DNA of 64,000 nucleotides, from assembly GCA_046582655.1 (NCBI GenBank), contig JAYGDX010000073.1, positions 40,561-104,560 of the forward strand. The letters run 5' to 3'. The notes under the pieces are model-generated. The model saw nothing but the letters and a program-made list of their open reading frames with translations, made no database searches and had not been told where the DNA came from. Shown in pieces: positions 21,179-31,100 of the stretch (positions are counted from its first letter, which is position 1; each line of letters starts with the position of its first letter). Source of the DNA: Candidatus Poribacteria bacterium (lineage in GTDB: Bacteria > Poribacteria > WGA-4E > UBA9662). Both the position numbers and the translations under genes were made by a program.

Positions 21179-21928
21179 TCAGACCTCTGTGTTGCGAACT
21201 GCTAAGTGAATTGGGGGCTTTTTATAAGCTGCGTCGACCAGTGACGGCTCCACCCACTGATTTTTGGGTTGGACATCCTCAATTCTACCATAGTCTCGTA
21301 CGAATATCATTCCCAGGAAAAACCCGGCAATGTGTGCTACCCAAGCGATGGGTGTTCCTTGCGGTGAGATGTAAGCATAAAAGATTTGGGTCCCAATCCA
21401 TGGTAGAAGAACAACAGTTGTTCGTAGTGAGACAACGTAAATTAGGAGAAGGCTTCGAACACGCGCTTGGGGGAAAATGACTAAATGGGCTCCCATCACG
21501 CCAGCGATAGCAGCACTCGCACCAATAACGGGAACATCCGATTGATGATGAAAAACAGAGTAAATAAACGTTGCCAAGATACCACAAGCGAAATAAAAAA
21601 GGAGGAACCGGATTCGCCCAATATGATATTCAAGGATTGGTCCAAAGACAGCGAGATACAGCATATTGGTGATTAAATGTAGAAATCCCATCTTCCAACG
21701 AACGTCATGTAAAAAAAGTGAACATATAAAATCTCGACTATGGCTGAAAAAAGATGGAAAGAGTTCAGATGGGATAACACTATATATTGGAATTAAATCA
21801 ATGCCATCGATTATAAAGAGAATCTGATAAGTAAACACAATGAGATTTAGGCTGATGAGGAAGTGGACCACTAAGGGGCGTTTAGAACTTTGGGCTGAAG
21901 GCAAAACACTTCGCAAAGGAATAAGCAT
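21179..21928 (-). CDS. rhomboid family intramembrane serine protease
   Basis: FLH, HLITNM, GASAAIAG, AHIAG. Confidence 0.9.
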   Translation of the reverse strand: MLIPLRSVLPSAQSSKRPLVVHFLISLNLIVFTYQILFIIDGIDLIPIYSVIPSELFPSFFSHSRDFICSLFLHDVRWKMGFLHLITNMLYLAVFGPILEYHIGRIRFLLFYFACGILATFIYSVFHHQSDVPVIGASAAIAGVMGAHLVIFPQARVRSLLLIYVVSLRTTVVLLPWIGTQIFYAYISPQGTPIAWVAHIAGFFLGMIFVRDYGRIEDVQPKNQWVEPSLVDAAYKKPPIHLAVRNTEV

Positions 21929-21940
21929 GGCTATCTTCCC

Positions 21941-22222
21941 CTAGACTTCAGGATAGGTAACATCAAATCGATCAACAACGCCCACAATCAATTCTCGAAT
22001 TGGAGCTCTTTCAATGTCGAAAACCTCTTGTGCTACTCCTGGAGCAGAACCGACCAAGACAGTATCTCCTTCTCCAGCACCAACGTAGTCAACTGCAATT
22101 GTTGGGGTTCTCACCACCTTACCTTGTAAACTAATAGGCTGAACAAGCAGTAGAGTTCGTGCGTCGTAAGCCGAATGTTTAACGACTGATACGACTTTCC
22201 CAATTACTTTCGCTAGGTACAT
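21941..22222 (-). CDS. EutN/CcmL family microcompartment vertex protein (BMC-P)
   Basis: MYLAKVIGKVVSVVKH, IAVDYVGAGEGDTVL, IVGVVD. Confidence 0.92.
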   Translation of the reverse strand: MYLAKVIGKVVSVVKHSAYDARTLLLVQPISLQGKVVRTPTIAVDYVGAGEGDTVLVGSAPGVAQEVFDIERAPIRELIVGVVDRFDVTYPEV

Positions 22223-22224
22223 TG

Positions 22225-22509
22225 CTATTCATTTGTCTCCGGTGTCATGGTAATGGAGTCAACAAGCCCGACAATTGCTATATCAGTAGGGATTTCTCGA
22301 TCCGCATGGGCAAAAGCAGCATCACCACCACTAACGACGTATACTATATCATCGATACCAGCAATACCCTCAATGTCAACGGCAACAATGGGAGATCCAA
22401 CTGGTTCATGATTTTGTAATATCCGCTGCACAACAAAAAGCCGTAGCCCCACTAGATTGGGATCTTTTACCGTTGTAACAACCGTGCCAATGATTTTACC
22501 TATATCCAT
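22225..22509 (-). CDS. EutN/CcmL family microcompartment vertex protein (BMC-P)
   Basis: MDIGKIIGTVVTTVKD, VAVD..AG.DDIV, PTDIAIVGLVD. Confidence 0.92.
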   Translation of the reverse strand: MDIGKIIGTVVTTVKDPNLVGLRLFVVQRILQNHEPVGSPIVAVDIEGIAGIDDIVYVVSGGDAAFAHADREIPTDIAIVGLVDSITMTPETNE

Positions 22510-22517
22510 AAATTCTT

Positions 22518-23951
22518 TTAGACCTCAATCCCATATTCCTCAATTTTAACATGTAACGTGTTTCTGTTAATACCGAGGATCTCCGCTGCTTTGCTACGAT
22601 TTCCTCCTGCTTTTATCAACACGATTTCAAAAAGCGGCTTTTCCATCGTTTCTCGTATGTGTTGATAAAGGGATCTGTCATCCACTCCTGAATCTAAGTA
22701 ACTCTCCACTTTGCTTTTGATTATTCGGCGTACGTGAATCTCCTGGTCTGATTCAACCGGCGTCGTAAATTTAAACTGCTCACCTAGTAGTTGAGGACAG
22801 TGTTCTGGTAATAGTGCAGTACCTGAACACATAACCAGTCCCTGTTTTATGATATTTTCCAGTTCGCGAACATTACCTGGCCAACTGTGGTTCATCAGTA
22901 GTTCGCAGGTTTGATCAGATATAGCTACCTTCAGCTGTTTATACTCATTGGCAAATTGTGTAGTGAATAGATCTACAAGATCAGGAATATCTTCTTTCCG
23001 GTCACGAAGAGGTGGGATATGAATTGGTATGACATTCAAGCGATAATAGAGATCTTCACGAAAAGCATTCTCTTTTACATCCTGTTGGAGTTGACGGTTC
23101 GTAGCTGCAACCACGCGGACGTCTATTTTTCGAGACTGGTTTGCTCCGACCGGTTCCACTTCGCGTTCCTGCAAAACACGCAACAGTTTCATTTGTGTGT
23201 CAGCCGACAATTCACCAACTTCATCCAGAAAGATCGTGCCGCCGTTACTTTGTTCAAATTTACCTTGGCGGGATGAGTCTGCTCCAGTGAATGCGCCCTT
23301 AACATGACCGAACAATGCACTTTCGATTAGATTAGCTGGGATTGCGCTACAGTCAAAAACCACGAATGCTTGATCTGCACGATTACTGTTTTGGTGAATT
23401 GCACGCGCTACTAATTCTTTACCTGTACCACTTTCACCCATAACTAAGACAGTCTCATTGCTAGTTGCGGCCCGACCGATGATTTGGTATACACGGCGCA
23501 TTTCCAAACTCTGGCCAACAATTTTGCTGCCTTGTGACTTGGGACTGTCAGCATCAGAAAAGTCCTGACTCTCTTTTATCTGTTTGGTAGCATTGACGGC
23601 ACGTTTTGCCGTAGCCGCGACTTCTTTGATATCGAATGGTTTGGTAATATAATCATACGCCCCTTGTTTTGCTGACTCGATAGCTGTTTGCGTGTCGCCA
23701 TGTGCCGTAATTACCACAATCGAAACAGAATTTTGGATTTCAAGTATTTCAGGGATTAGATCTAAACCGTTAATATCCGGCATGAAAATATCAAGGAAGA
23801 CAGCACTAACTGGATCTAATTCAAGTAGTTTTATTGTCTCTTTACCATCACGAGCAGGAAGCGGCAGATATCCCTCTTTTTCCAAGGCTTTCGATAGAAC
23901 GAAACGGATGCTTTCGTCGTCATCGGCAATAAGAATTTTGTGTTCTGTCAT
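22518..23951 (-). CDS. NtrC-like sigma54-dependent response regulator
   Basis: REC ([11 protein letters not shown]), [26 protein letters not shown], Fis HTH (LGINRNTL). Confidence 0.93.
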   Translation of the reverse strand: MTEHKILIADDDESIRFVLSKALEKEGYLPLPARDGKETIKLLELDPVSAVFLDIFMPDINGLDLIPEILEIQNSVSIVVITAHGDTQTAIESAKQGAYDYITKPFDIKEVAATAKRAVNATKQIKESQDFSDADSPKSQGSKIVGQSLEMRRVYQIIGRAATSNETVLVMGESGTGKELVARAIHQNSNRADQAFVVFDCSAIPANLIESALFGHVKGAFTGADSSRQGKFEQSNGGTIFLDEVGELSADTQMKLLRVLQEREVEPVGANQSRKIDVRVVAATNRQLQQDVKENAFREDLYYRLNVIPIHIPPLRDRKEDIPDLVDLFTTQFANEYKQLKVAISDQTCELLMNHSWPGNVRELENIIKQGLVMCSGTALLPEHCPQLLGEQFKFTTPVESDQEIHVRRIIKSKVESYLDSGVDDRSLYQHIRETMEKPLFEIVLIKAGGNRSKAAEILGINRNTLHVKIEEYGIEV

Positions 23952-24087
23952 TTTACCAACTTTGTTAGATTGACTGATATTGGCGGCTAACGGTAAGTTC
24001 CTTCACTTCAAGTTAGCTATGGTGTTGAATGTAGTACAAGGTTGTGTCAAGTTAATTGGCTAGCTTTCTGGAAATGGACTTAGCCCA

Positions 24088-25629
24088 TTAAATCGGCATC
24101 GTAATAAGAAACGCCGCCCCTTTTGGCGATGTTACATCAACTTCAATTGTACCATTGTGATCTTCAATTATCTGTTGGCTAATAGCAAGACCAAGCCCTG
24201 TGCCTTTTGGTTTCGTAGTGTAAAATGGATCGAAAAGTTTGTGGGTAATTTCCGGATGTATTCCACGCCCAGTATCTTCGATACGTAGTTCTATGACTGA
24301 TTTTTCGAGATCAAAAGTCGCGTTGATAGTTAAAGTGCCATCGTTTTCTATAGACTCAATAGCATTCCGAAAGAGATTGAGCAAAATCTGTTCTATAGCT
24401 TCTGGATTTACTTTAACCTTTGGCAGATATTGTTGATAATTTTGTTTAACTTCAACTTGGTGTTGTTTGAGTTCGGGGTCACAGACTTTGAGCACATCAA
24501 ATACAAGCGATTTCAAATCACACAACTCAAAATTAACGGCCTGAGATTTGCCAAAAGTGAGTAATTGCTCAATAACACGATTGAGGCGGTCAACTTCTTT
24601 TAAAATCACATCAATATAATCTCGACTGTTGGCATCAAAATTCTCTTCGAGTTGGAGGAGTTGTGCCGCACCGCGAATTCCTCCGAGAGGATTCCGTACC
24701 TCGTGAGCAACGGTCGTCGCCATTTTTCCCAATGTCGCTAGGCGTTCTGATTGAACGAGCGAATCAATCATCTGCTGGATTTTTACGCGCTGGGCTGTAA
24801 TTGAAGCAACAACGGTGAGAATCCGAAGTTCATCTTCAGCAGAAAATTCATCAGAACCTTTGTCAATTGCCAGAGTACCAACGACCTTTTCATCGACAAT
24901 TAGGGGTAAACACCAGAAAGCAATTGGGTTCTTCGACTCAACTGAATCTGCAAATGGAAAGCTATCATCACCTCTTCTCATCCATTTGTGTGGAACACCG
25001 ATTGGTCGACCATACTTTAATACTTTTTCTTGAATGACATCGATCTGCTTCCGATCTCGAATTTCTGCTTCTGTTAAGCCGAATGCCGCGTCAAGGTATT
25101 GATTCTGTTGATCTTTATCGTAGATATTAAGATGTGCTTGGTACAACCCCATGCGATTTGCTAAAATCTTAATAATCTGCTGGAAAAAACTTTCAAGATC
25201 ATGGGCAGAATTTGCTGATGCACTGACATCGAAGAGTGTCGACATATCCCGAATTCTCTTCTCAAGATCTCGGTTGTCTTGATCGGTTCTCAGAAATTGA
25301 TTTTTTACTTCCGTTTCCTTTGTTTTGAACTTTTGTATTGTTTGCAGAATGCAAAGAGAAATGAAAGGATAAATCATCACCGAAACAGTAAAATGGTCCC
25401 AATTGTAGACAAAAGCAAGATAAATAAAGTTAATGATTGTTGTGAGTGCAAGAATCGTGAATTGCCCAGGACGATTATCGTATCGACCTGAGAGAGCTAT
25501 CAGGGCATAATATAGATGGATTGCAACATAATAATTTTGGAGATTGTCAGAACCATAGATAAAAATATTAATTAGAAAAATCAAAAACGTAAGACAGATC
25601 GTTTTCACTTCTGTTTCACTCAGTTCCAA
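24088..25629 (-). CDS. membrane sensor histidine kinase with GAF domain (NtrB-like core)
   Basis: N-terminal hydrophobic segments, GAF (CLPL...VGTL), AHEVRNPLGGIRGAAQLL, N/G1/F/G2 boxes. Confidence 0.9.
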   Translation of the reverse strand: MELSETEVKTICLTFLIFLINIFIYGSDNLQNYYVAIHLYYALIALSGRYDNRPGQFTILALTTIINFIYLAFVYNWDHFTVSVMIYPFISLCILQTIQKFKTKETEVKNQFLRTDQDNRDLEKRIRDMSTLFDVSASANSAHDLESFFQQIIKILANRMGLYQAHLNIYDKDQQNQYLDAAFGLTEAEIRDRKQIDVIQEKVLKYGRPIGVPHKWMRRGDDSFPFADSVESKNPIAFWCLPLIVDEKVVGTLAIDKGSDEFSAEDELRILTVVASITAQRVKIQQMIDSLVQSERLATLGKMATTVAHEVRNPLGGIRGAAQLLQLEENFDANSRDYIDVILKEVDRLNRVIEQLLTFGKSQAVNFELCDLKSLVFDVLKVCDPELKQHQVEVKQNYQQYLPKVKVNPEAIEQILLNLFRNAIESIENDGTLTINATFDLEKSVIELRIEDTGRGIHPEITHKLFDPFYTTKPKGTGLGLAISQQIIEDHNGTIEVDVTSPKGAAFLITMPI

Positions 25630-25737
25630 GATATGGCGAGGTTACCTTTGGATTGTACTAGCAACTGTAACCTTTTTTCGGGTGACGCATTGAGCCCACC
25701 TGCAAATCTCACAATCAATGTAAATTTTTATCGCCTT

Positions 25738-26343
25738 TTAATCCTTTTCCAGGAAATTGTTGAGCATTTTAAGCCCAATTCGACCGCTTTTTTCAAGATG
25801 GAATTGCGTGGCAATTAAATTTTTGTGCGCAATTGTGCTGCAAAACTCTACGCCGTAATGAGTCCTACCAATTATGATTTCTGAATCCTCAGGAACCGGA
25901 TAGTACGAATTGACAAAGTAGAAATATCCTGAATTTGGTACATCATTAAAGATCCAATGATCGTTAATTTGCTGCACTTGATTCCAGCCGATTTGTGGAA
26001 CCTTTATCATTGGTATGGGTTTAAATTTCTTTACTTGGCCAGAAAGAACACCTAGGCAGTCTGTACCGTCTTCTTCACTATAATCAAATAAGATCTGGAT
26101 GCCAATACAAATACCCAGCATCAGTTTGCCAGATTCATAGGACTCAATCAGTATCTGGGAAAGTCCTGTTTCATGGAGTGTATCCATTGTGGCCTTAGCC
26201 GCACCAACACCAGGAAAAATAACTTTCTGAGATGCTAGGATTTTTTGCGGATTTGCTGTGATTTCGCATTGATAACCCAAAAAATTTACGGCATGGGCGA
26301 CACTCGTCAAGTTTCCGGCGTTATAATCAATAATAGCAATCAC
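25738..26343 (-). CDS. hisH: imidazole glycerol phosphate synthase subunit HisH
   Basis: IIDYNAGN, FPGVGA, GICIG.Q, QFHLEKS. Confidence 0.93.
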   Translation of the reverse strand: MIAIIDYNAGNLTSVAHAVNFLGYQCEITANPQKILASQKVIFPGVGAAKATMDTLHETGLSQILIESYESGKLMLGICIGIQILFDYSEEDGTDCLGVLSGQVKKFKPIPMIKVPQIGWNQVQQINDHWIFNDVPNSGYFYFVNSYYPVPEDSEIIIGRTHYGVEFCSTIAHKNLIATQFHLEKSGRIGLKMLNNFLEKD

Positions 26344-26391
26344 GATATTTCTTACAGTTTGTCCTTTCCTTCAATTGATTTGAATTGTAGT

Positions 26392-26865
26392 TCATAACTG
26401 ATCTATTTGTTTATACAAGTTGGTTATTTCGATTGCCGCTGCAGCCGCTTCGGATCCTTTGTTGCCCGCTTTTGTTCCAGCACGTTCAATTGCTTGATTA
26501 ACGGTGTCAGTGGTGATAACCCCAAAAATTGTTGGGACGCCAGTTGCATACGAAACTTGTGCAATACCGGAAGCACTCTCACCTGCAACATAATCGAAAT
26601 GGGGAGTAGCTCCCCGGATTACAGCACCAAGACAGATAATAGCATTGAACTTACCTGTATCTGCGAGTCGTTTAGCAGTGGAAGGGATTTCATACGAGCC
26701 GGGTGTGCGGAACACAGAGACATCATCCATATTTACACCATGACGTTTGAGTGTGTCAAGCGCGCCCTCAAGCAACCCATCAGTAACGAAACTGTTAAAT
26801 CGGCTGACAACAATTGCAAATATTAGCCCACTCCCAATTAGATCTCCTTCATAAATTTTTGTCAT
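26392..26865 (-). CDS. ribH: 6,7-dimethyl-8-ribityllumazine synthase
   Basis: [29 protein letters not shown]. Confidence 0.95.
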   Translation of the reverse strand: MTKIYEGDLIGSGLIFAIVVSRFNSFVTDGLLEGALDTLKRHGVNMDDVSVFRTPGSYEIPSTAKRLADTGKFNAIICLGAVIRGATPHFDYVAGESASGIAQVSYATGVPTIFGVITTDTVNQAIERAGTKAGNKGSEAAAAAIEITNLYKQIDQL

Positions 26866-26885
26866 GTTTCCTTGCCCTTTACCTA

Positions 26886-28118
26886 TTAATTGTCTATTTT
26901 CTGAAGAATCAGGTGACCCAGCTTCGATCGTTTTGTCTCAAGATACCGACAGTTGAATTGTTGAGGCGGGACCTCAATCGGCACGCGTTCGACAACTTCA
27001 AGGTTATACCCATCAAGACCACTAATCTTGCGTGGATTATTTGTCATTAGATACATCTTACTAATGCCAAGATCAGATAAAATTTGAGCCCCTATCCCAT
27101 AGTCTCTGAGATCCGGTGGGAACCCAAGTTTTTCGTTAGCTTCGACTGTGTCAAGTCCCTCTCTATCCTGGAGTTGGTAGGCGCGTATCTTATTGCCGAG
27201 TCCCATCCCACGGCCTTCCTGACGCATGTAAAGTATGACGCCGCTACCTGCTTCCTCAATAGCTTTCATCGCGTATTCTAATTGTTGACCACAATCACAG
27301 CGTAGCGACCCAAAAATATCACCTGTCAGGCATTGTGAGTGAACTCGGACTAAAATTGGTTCACCGGAAAGAATTTCACCTTTAACCAACGCAACATGCG
27401 TTTTTGCATCGTTTATGCTTTCGTAGGTGTAAAGTCTGAACTCACCATTTCGAGTTGGCAGATCAGCTTCAGCGACAAGCTTAACTAGTGATTCCTTTTG
27501 GTGTCGGTACGCAATTAAATCAGCAATAGTAACAATTTTAAGGTTATGCAGAGAAGCAAAATCAAGAAGTTCAGGAGTGCGTGCCATTGTGCCATCATCA
27601 TTTAAAATTTCACAGACAACACCGGCGGGATATAAGCCAGCAAAATGTGCGAGATCAACAGCGGCTTCTGTATGGCCAGCACGTCTGAGAACTCCACCTT
27701 CGGTTGCTTGAAGCGGAAATATATGACCGGGTCGCATGAAGTCAGCCGCAGTTGCATCTGGTTCAATGAATCTTCTTATCGTCATAGCACGTTCATAGGC
27801 CGAGATGCCTGTTTTAACGCCTTTAACATCAATTGTAACTGAAAAGGCAGTGCGCATAGTTTCGTTATTTTGATTTACCATTAATGGTAAACTTAGCTCT
27901 GACAACCGTGCCGTCGTTGCAGGCAGGCAAATCATTCCCCGACCATGCTTTAACATGAAATTTATGGCTTCTGATGTAACCTTTTCAGCCGCCATAACCA
28001 GATCCCCCTCGTTTTCACGATCAGGATCATCCACAACGATAATAATCTCACCGTTTTGGATCGCATCAACTGCTTCTGGAATAGTGTTAAATCCACTCAT
28101 TTTCGCATGTGTACTCAA
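26886..28118 (-). CDS. ribBA: bifunctional DHBP synthase/GTP cyclohydrolase II
   Basis: [33 protein letters not shown]. Confidence 0.95.
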   Translation of the reverse strand: MSTHAKMSGFNTIPEAVDAIQNGEIIIVVDDPDRENEGDLVMAAEKVTSEAINFMLKHGRGMICLPATTARLSELSLPLMVNQNNETMRTAFSVTIDVKGVKTGISAYERAMTIRRFIEPDATAADFMRPGHIFPLQATEGGVLRRAGHTEAAVDLAHFAGLYPAGVVCEILNDDGTMARTPELLDFASLHNLKIVTIADLIAYRHQKESLVKLVAEADLPTRNGEFRLYTYESINDAKTHVALVKGEILSGEPILVRVHSQCLTGDIFGSLRCDCGQQLEYAMKAIEEAGSGVILYMRQEGRGMGLGNKIRAYQLQDREGLDTVEANEKLGFPPDLRDYGIGAQILSDLGISKMYLMTNNPRKISGLDGYNLEVVERVPIEVPPQQFNCRYLETKRSKLGHLILQKIDN

Positions 28119-28137
28119 GCATTAACCAAATAATTGA

Positions 28138-28737
28138 TTAGTTTTTGTGTTGACAAGCCAACAACCGTTCAACATAGCGACCAATAAGATCTACTTCAAT
28201 GTTGACCTGATCTTCTACTCGTTTCTGGCCCATGGTTGTTACTTCTTTGGTGTGAGGAATTAGTGATATTTCAAAAGAGTCATCTAACAAGTTGGCAATT
28301 GTTAAGCTCACCCCATCAACAGTAATTGAACCTTTATAAACAATGTATGGCATCGATTTTAGTGAAATTGACACACGCATAAGAGACGAATCGCCTTCGT
28401 CTTTCCAGTCAATGATTTTGCCAACTTCATCAATGTGCCCTTGAACAAGATGCCCGTTAACACGATCAACGAGTCGAACAGATCTCTCTAAATTTACCGG
28501 TGATCCAACCTTGAGATCACCCAAATTTGTTAGCCGTAATGTTTCAGCAGTGATATCCGCATTGAACCTGTCCGAAGTGAGATTTGTAACCGTCAGACAA
28601 ACGCCGTTAACGGCAATGCTGTCGCCGACTTTGCTGTTCGCTAAGGTCCTTTTTGCCTCAACTTCGATTCTGGCAGATTGGGGCAATCTGTCAATTAGCT
28701 GAACTATTCCAACTTCCTCTACAATCCCGGTAAACAT
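28138..28737 (-). CDS. ribE: riboflavin synthase alpha chain
   Basis: MFTGIVEE, GDSIAVNGVCLT, GHLVQGH, KGSITVDGVSLT. Confidence 0.95.
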   Translation of the reverse strand: MFTGIVEEVGIVQLIDRLPQSARIEVEAKRTLANSKVGDSIAVNGVCLTVTNLTSDRFNADITAETLRLTNLGDLKVGSPVNLERSVRLVDRVNGHLVQGHIDEVGKIIDWKDEGDSSLMRVSISLKSMPYIVYKGSITVDGVSLTIANLLDDSFEISLIPHTKEVTTMGQKRVEDQVNIEVDLIGRYVERLLACQHKN

Positions 28738-28741
28738 AGGC

Positions 28742-29848
28742 TTAGTTCAGATATCCTTCAATGAGAAAGTCCTCACCAATTTTTGTGAATTCCCAATTGT
28801 GAATATCAATTGCTTCCGACAAATTCGTGATTCCGTTACCTCCGATCACTCCAGGGGCACTTTGACCGCCAATCAATTTTGGAGCAACGAAGAACATAAC
28901 CTTATCAACAATACCTGCATCTAATGCAGAAGCGTGGATTTCGCTGCCTCCTTCGATAAGTATACTGGTTATACCGAGTTCTATTAATCTATTCATCAAG
29001 GATGTCAAACAAACCCGCTTATCATTGGAATCTACAATCAGTACGTCTGCACCTGCAGATTCAAGCTCTTCCATTTTCGTTCTGGGCGCAAATTCGGTTG
29101 TAGCAATGATAACCTTTGCACGACTTTCGGGATTGAAAATTTTGGCTTTGATTGGTGTACGGCAGCATGAATCAACAATGATCCGAATCGGGTCCTGACT
29201 GTCTCGATTGAGCAATCGCGTGGTCAAAGATGGATTATCTCGAAATACAGTACCAATGCCAACAAGGATAGCATCGACCATATCCCGAAGTCCATGTCCC
29301 TTTTGTCGAGCTGCCGGTGAGGTGATCCATTGAGAGTCTCCAGTTACAGTCGCAATTTTTCCATCAAGGCTAGTAGCCGCTTTCAGTATTACAAACGGCT
29401 GTTTCTTCACCATGTTTTTAATAAAAATTTCGTTCAACTGATATGCTTCATCGTGGCACAGACCAACTTCCACCTCTATTCCCGCTTGACGGATTTGTTC
29501 TATACCCTTACCCGCTACTATTGGATTGGGATCTTCGATCGCAACAAATATCTTGCTAATTCCTGATTGAACGATTATGTCAGTGCAGGGAGGCGTTTGT
29601 CCCCAATGGCAACATGGTTCGAGTGTTACATACATCGTAGCACCACGAGCAAATCCTTTTGCCTGATTCAAAGCCTGCGGTTCGGCATGCGGTGTGCCAG
29701 CTTGTTTGTGATAACCCTCACCAACGATTTGACTTGTATTAACGATTACCGCTCCTACCATTGGATTAGGGCTTGTTCTCCCACTGGCTTTGGCCGCTAG
29801 GTCTATGGCTCGATGCATGAAACACTGGTCTACTTCTGAAAACCCCAT
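28742..29848 (-). CDS. ribD: riboflavin biosynthesis deaminase/reductase
   Basis: SPNPMVG, HAE, LEPCCH...PPC, SLDGK, IEGG. Confidence 0.95.
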   Translation of the reverse strand: MGFSEVDQCFMHRAIDLAAKASGRTSPNPMVGAVIVNTSQIVGEGYHKQAGTPHAEPQALNQAKGFARGATMYVTLEPCCHWGQTPPCTDIIVQSGISKIFVAIEDPNPIVAGKGIEQIRQAGIEVEVGLCHDEAYQLNEIFIKNMVKKQPFVILKAATSLDGKIATVTGDSQWITSPAARQKGHGLRDMVDAILVGIGTVFRDNPSLTTRLLNRDSQDPIRIIVDSCCRTPIKAKIFNPESRAKVIIATTEFAPRTKMEELESAGADVLIVDSNDKRVCLTSLMNRLIELGITSILIEGGSEIHASALDAGIVDKVMFFVAPKLIGGQSAPGVIGGNGITNLSEAIDIHNWEFTKIGEDFLIEGYLN

Positions 29849-29894
29849 TTCAGCATATTATATCATAGCCGATTTTTCGAATCAAAACAGAGTT

Positions 29895-31001
29895 CTAATC
29901 ATTTTGAACAGCGTGCTTTACTTGGTTATATATCGATTCCCAGTCTTGGCGCGAGTGGCTGATAAGAATTAGCCGATCTGTCTCCTGTAGTTCGAGGTCT
30001 GCAGCAGGATTGATCCAAGGTTGATTGTCACGAATAATGCCAACCAGAACAATTTGTATCTTAAGTTCAACCAGAAGAGACTGAAGACCGTTAACAGTCA
30101 TGGGTCTAAGTTTAACGATTCCTTCAATTGATTCACTGTAAAGTTCGCTGCCTTCTGCTTGTGTCAGTAATTCTGATACTGCTGGTGCAAGTCCTCGATC
30201 TCGGATTTCTTGTGCCAGCAACTTTGCTCCGATATTTTGCGTCGGAATAACTGCGGAACAACGAAGTGGGTCAAAAAGAGTCAAGTGCTCAACACTACTG
30301 CATTCAGCAATTACACGGATCTCGGAATTAATTTGTTCAATCATTGAAACGGTTGCTGCCGTCAAGGCGTCAGCAGATCGACGATCCGAAGTGGGCGAAA
30401 GGACAAGAGCGACGTAAGCTTCCTCGACATTTGCGCGTAGAAGTGTATCTATTTGCATTGATGATCCATGAACAAAATGAACTGCTTCTCTGTTAAATGG
30501 AAGTTCTTGAAGAGTATCTGCAATGATGACGATTTCTTTGTCTGCACATAATGGATCTGATGATAGTTGATCAATGATGGCATCCACAGTTAGCTCATCT
30601 GGGAAGTTGACAACGATGATATGTTCCCTTAAAGAGTCTCGCAAGTCCGCAAATCCGCGGCGTCGTTCATTAGCCCCTTCAACGGTTAAATCAACGACTT
30701 GAGTAACTAGATAAGGGAAGGAGGCTAATCCAATAAAATACAGCAAGATCATGGTGGCTAATCTGCCTTGAATTGTCTTGGCCGAAATATCACCATAGCC
30801 AACTGTGGTGATGGTAGTAAAACTGAGCCAAAACGAATCCCAAATGCTAATGTTTTGCACTTGTTTTTCAAAGTAGTAGAAGGTACCGGAATTAATCACG
30901 ATGCAAATTATCACGATACCGATGGTAATCATAACGCGTCGAATATGCCGGTTTTGGAACCGGCGATGCAAACGTCGCAACGTTTGTAGGATAAAAAACA
31001 T
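29895..31001 (-). CDS. potassium channel protein (2-TM pore plus RCK domain)
   Basis: TTITTVGYGD selectivity filter followed by TrkA-N-like domain. Confidence 0.9.
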   Translation of the reverse strand: MFFILQTLRRLHRRFQNRHIRRVMITIGIVIICIVINSGTFYYFEKQVQNISIWDSFWLSFTTITTVGYGDISAKTIQGRLATMILLYFIGLASFPYLVTQVVDLTVEGANERRRGFADLRDSLREHIIVVNFPDELTVDAIIDQLSSDPLCADKEIVIIADTLQELPFNREAVHFVHGSSMQIDTLLRANVEEAYVALVLSPTSDRRSADALTAATVSMIEQINSEIRVIAECSSVEHLTLFDPLRCSAVIPTQNIGAKLLAQEIRDRGLAPAVSELLTQAEGSELYSESIEGIVKLRPMTVNGLQSLLVELKIQIVLVGIIRDNQPWINPAADLELQETDRLILISHSRQDWESIYNQVKHAVQND

Positions 31002-31100
31002 TTCGATCTATTACTCCTAATTGGTCTAATACCAGTTTTTGACTTGACGATTTTATGTAGTGTCAAGTATATTCTTGAAATTATGCTGGTGAAAAAAGAA

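Noticed and set aside
25639..25673. AGGTTAC-N21-GTAACCT upstream of the kinase as a riboswitch
   Set aside because: No known riboswitch consensus recognised; 7-bp arms alone are insufficient
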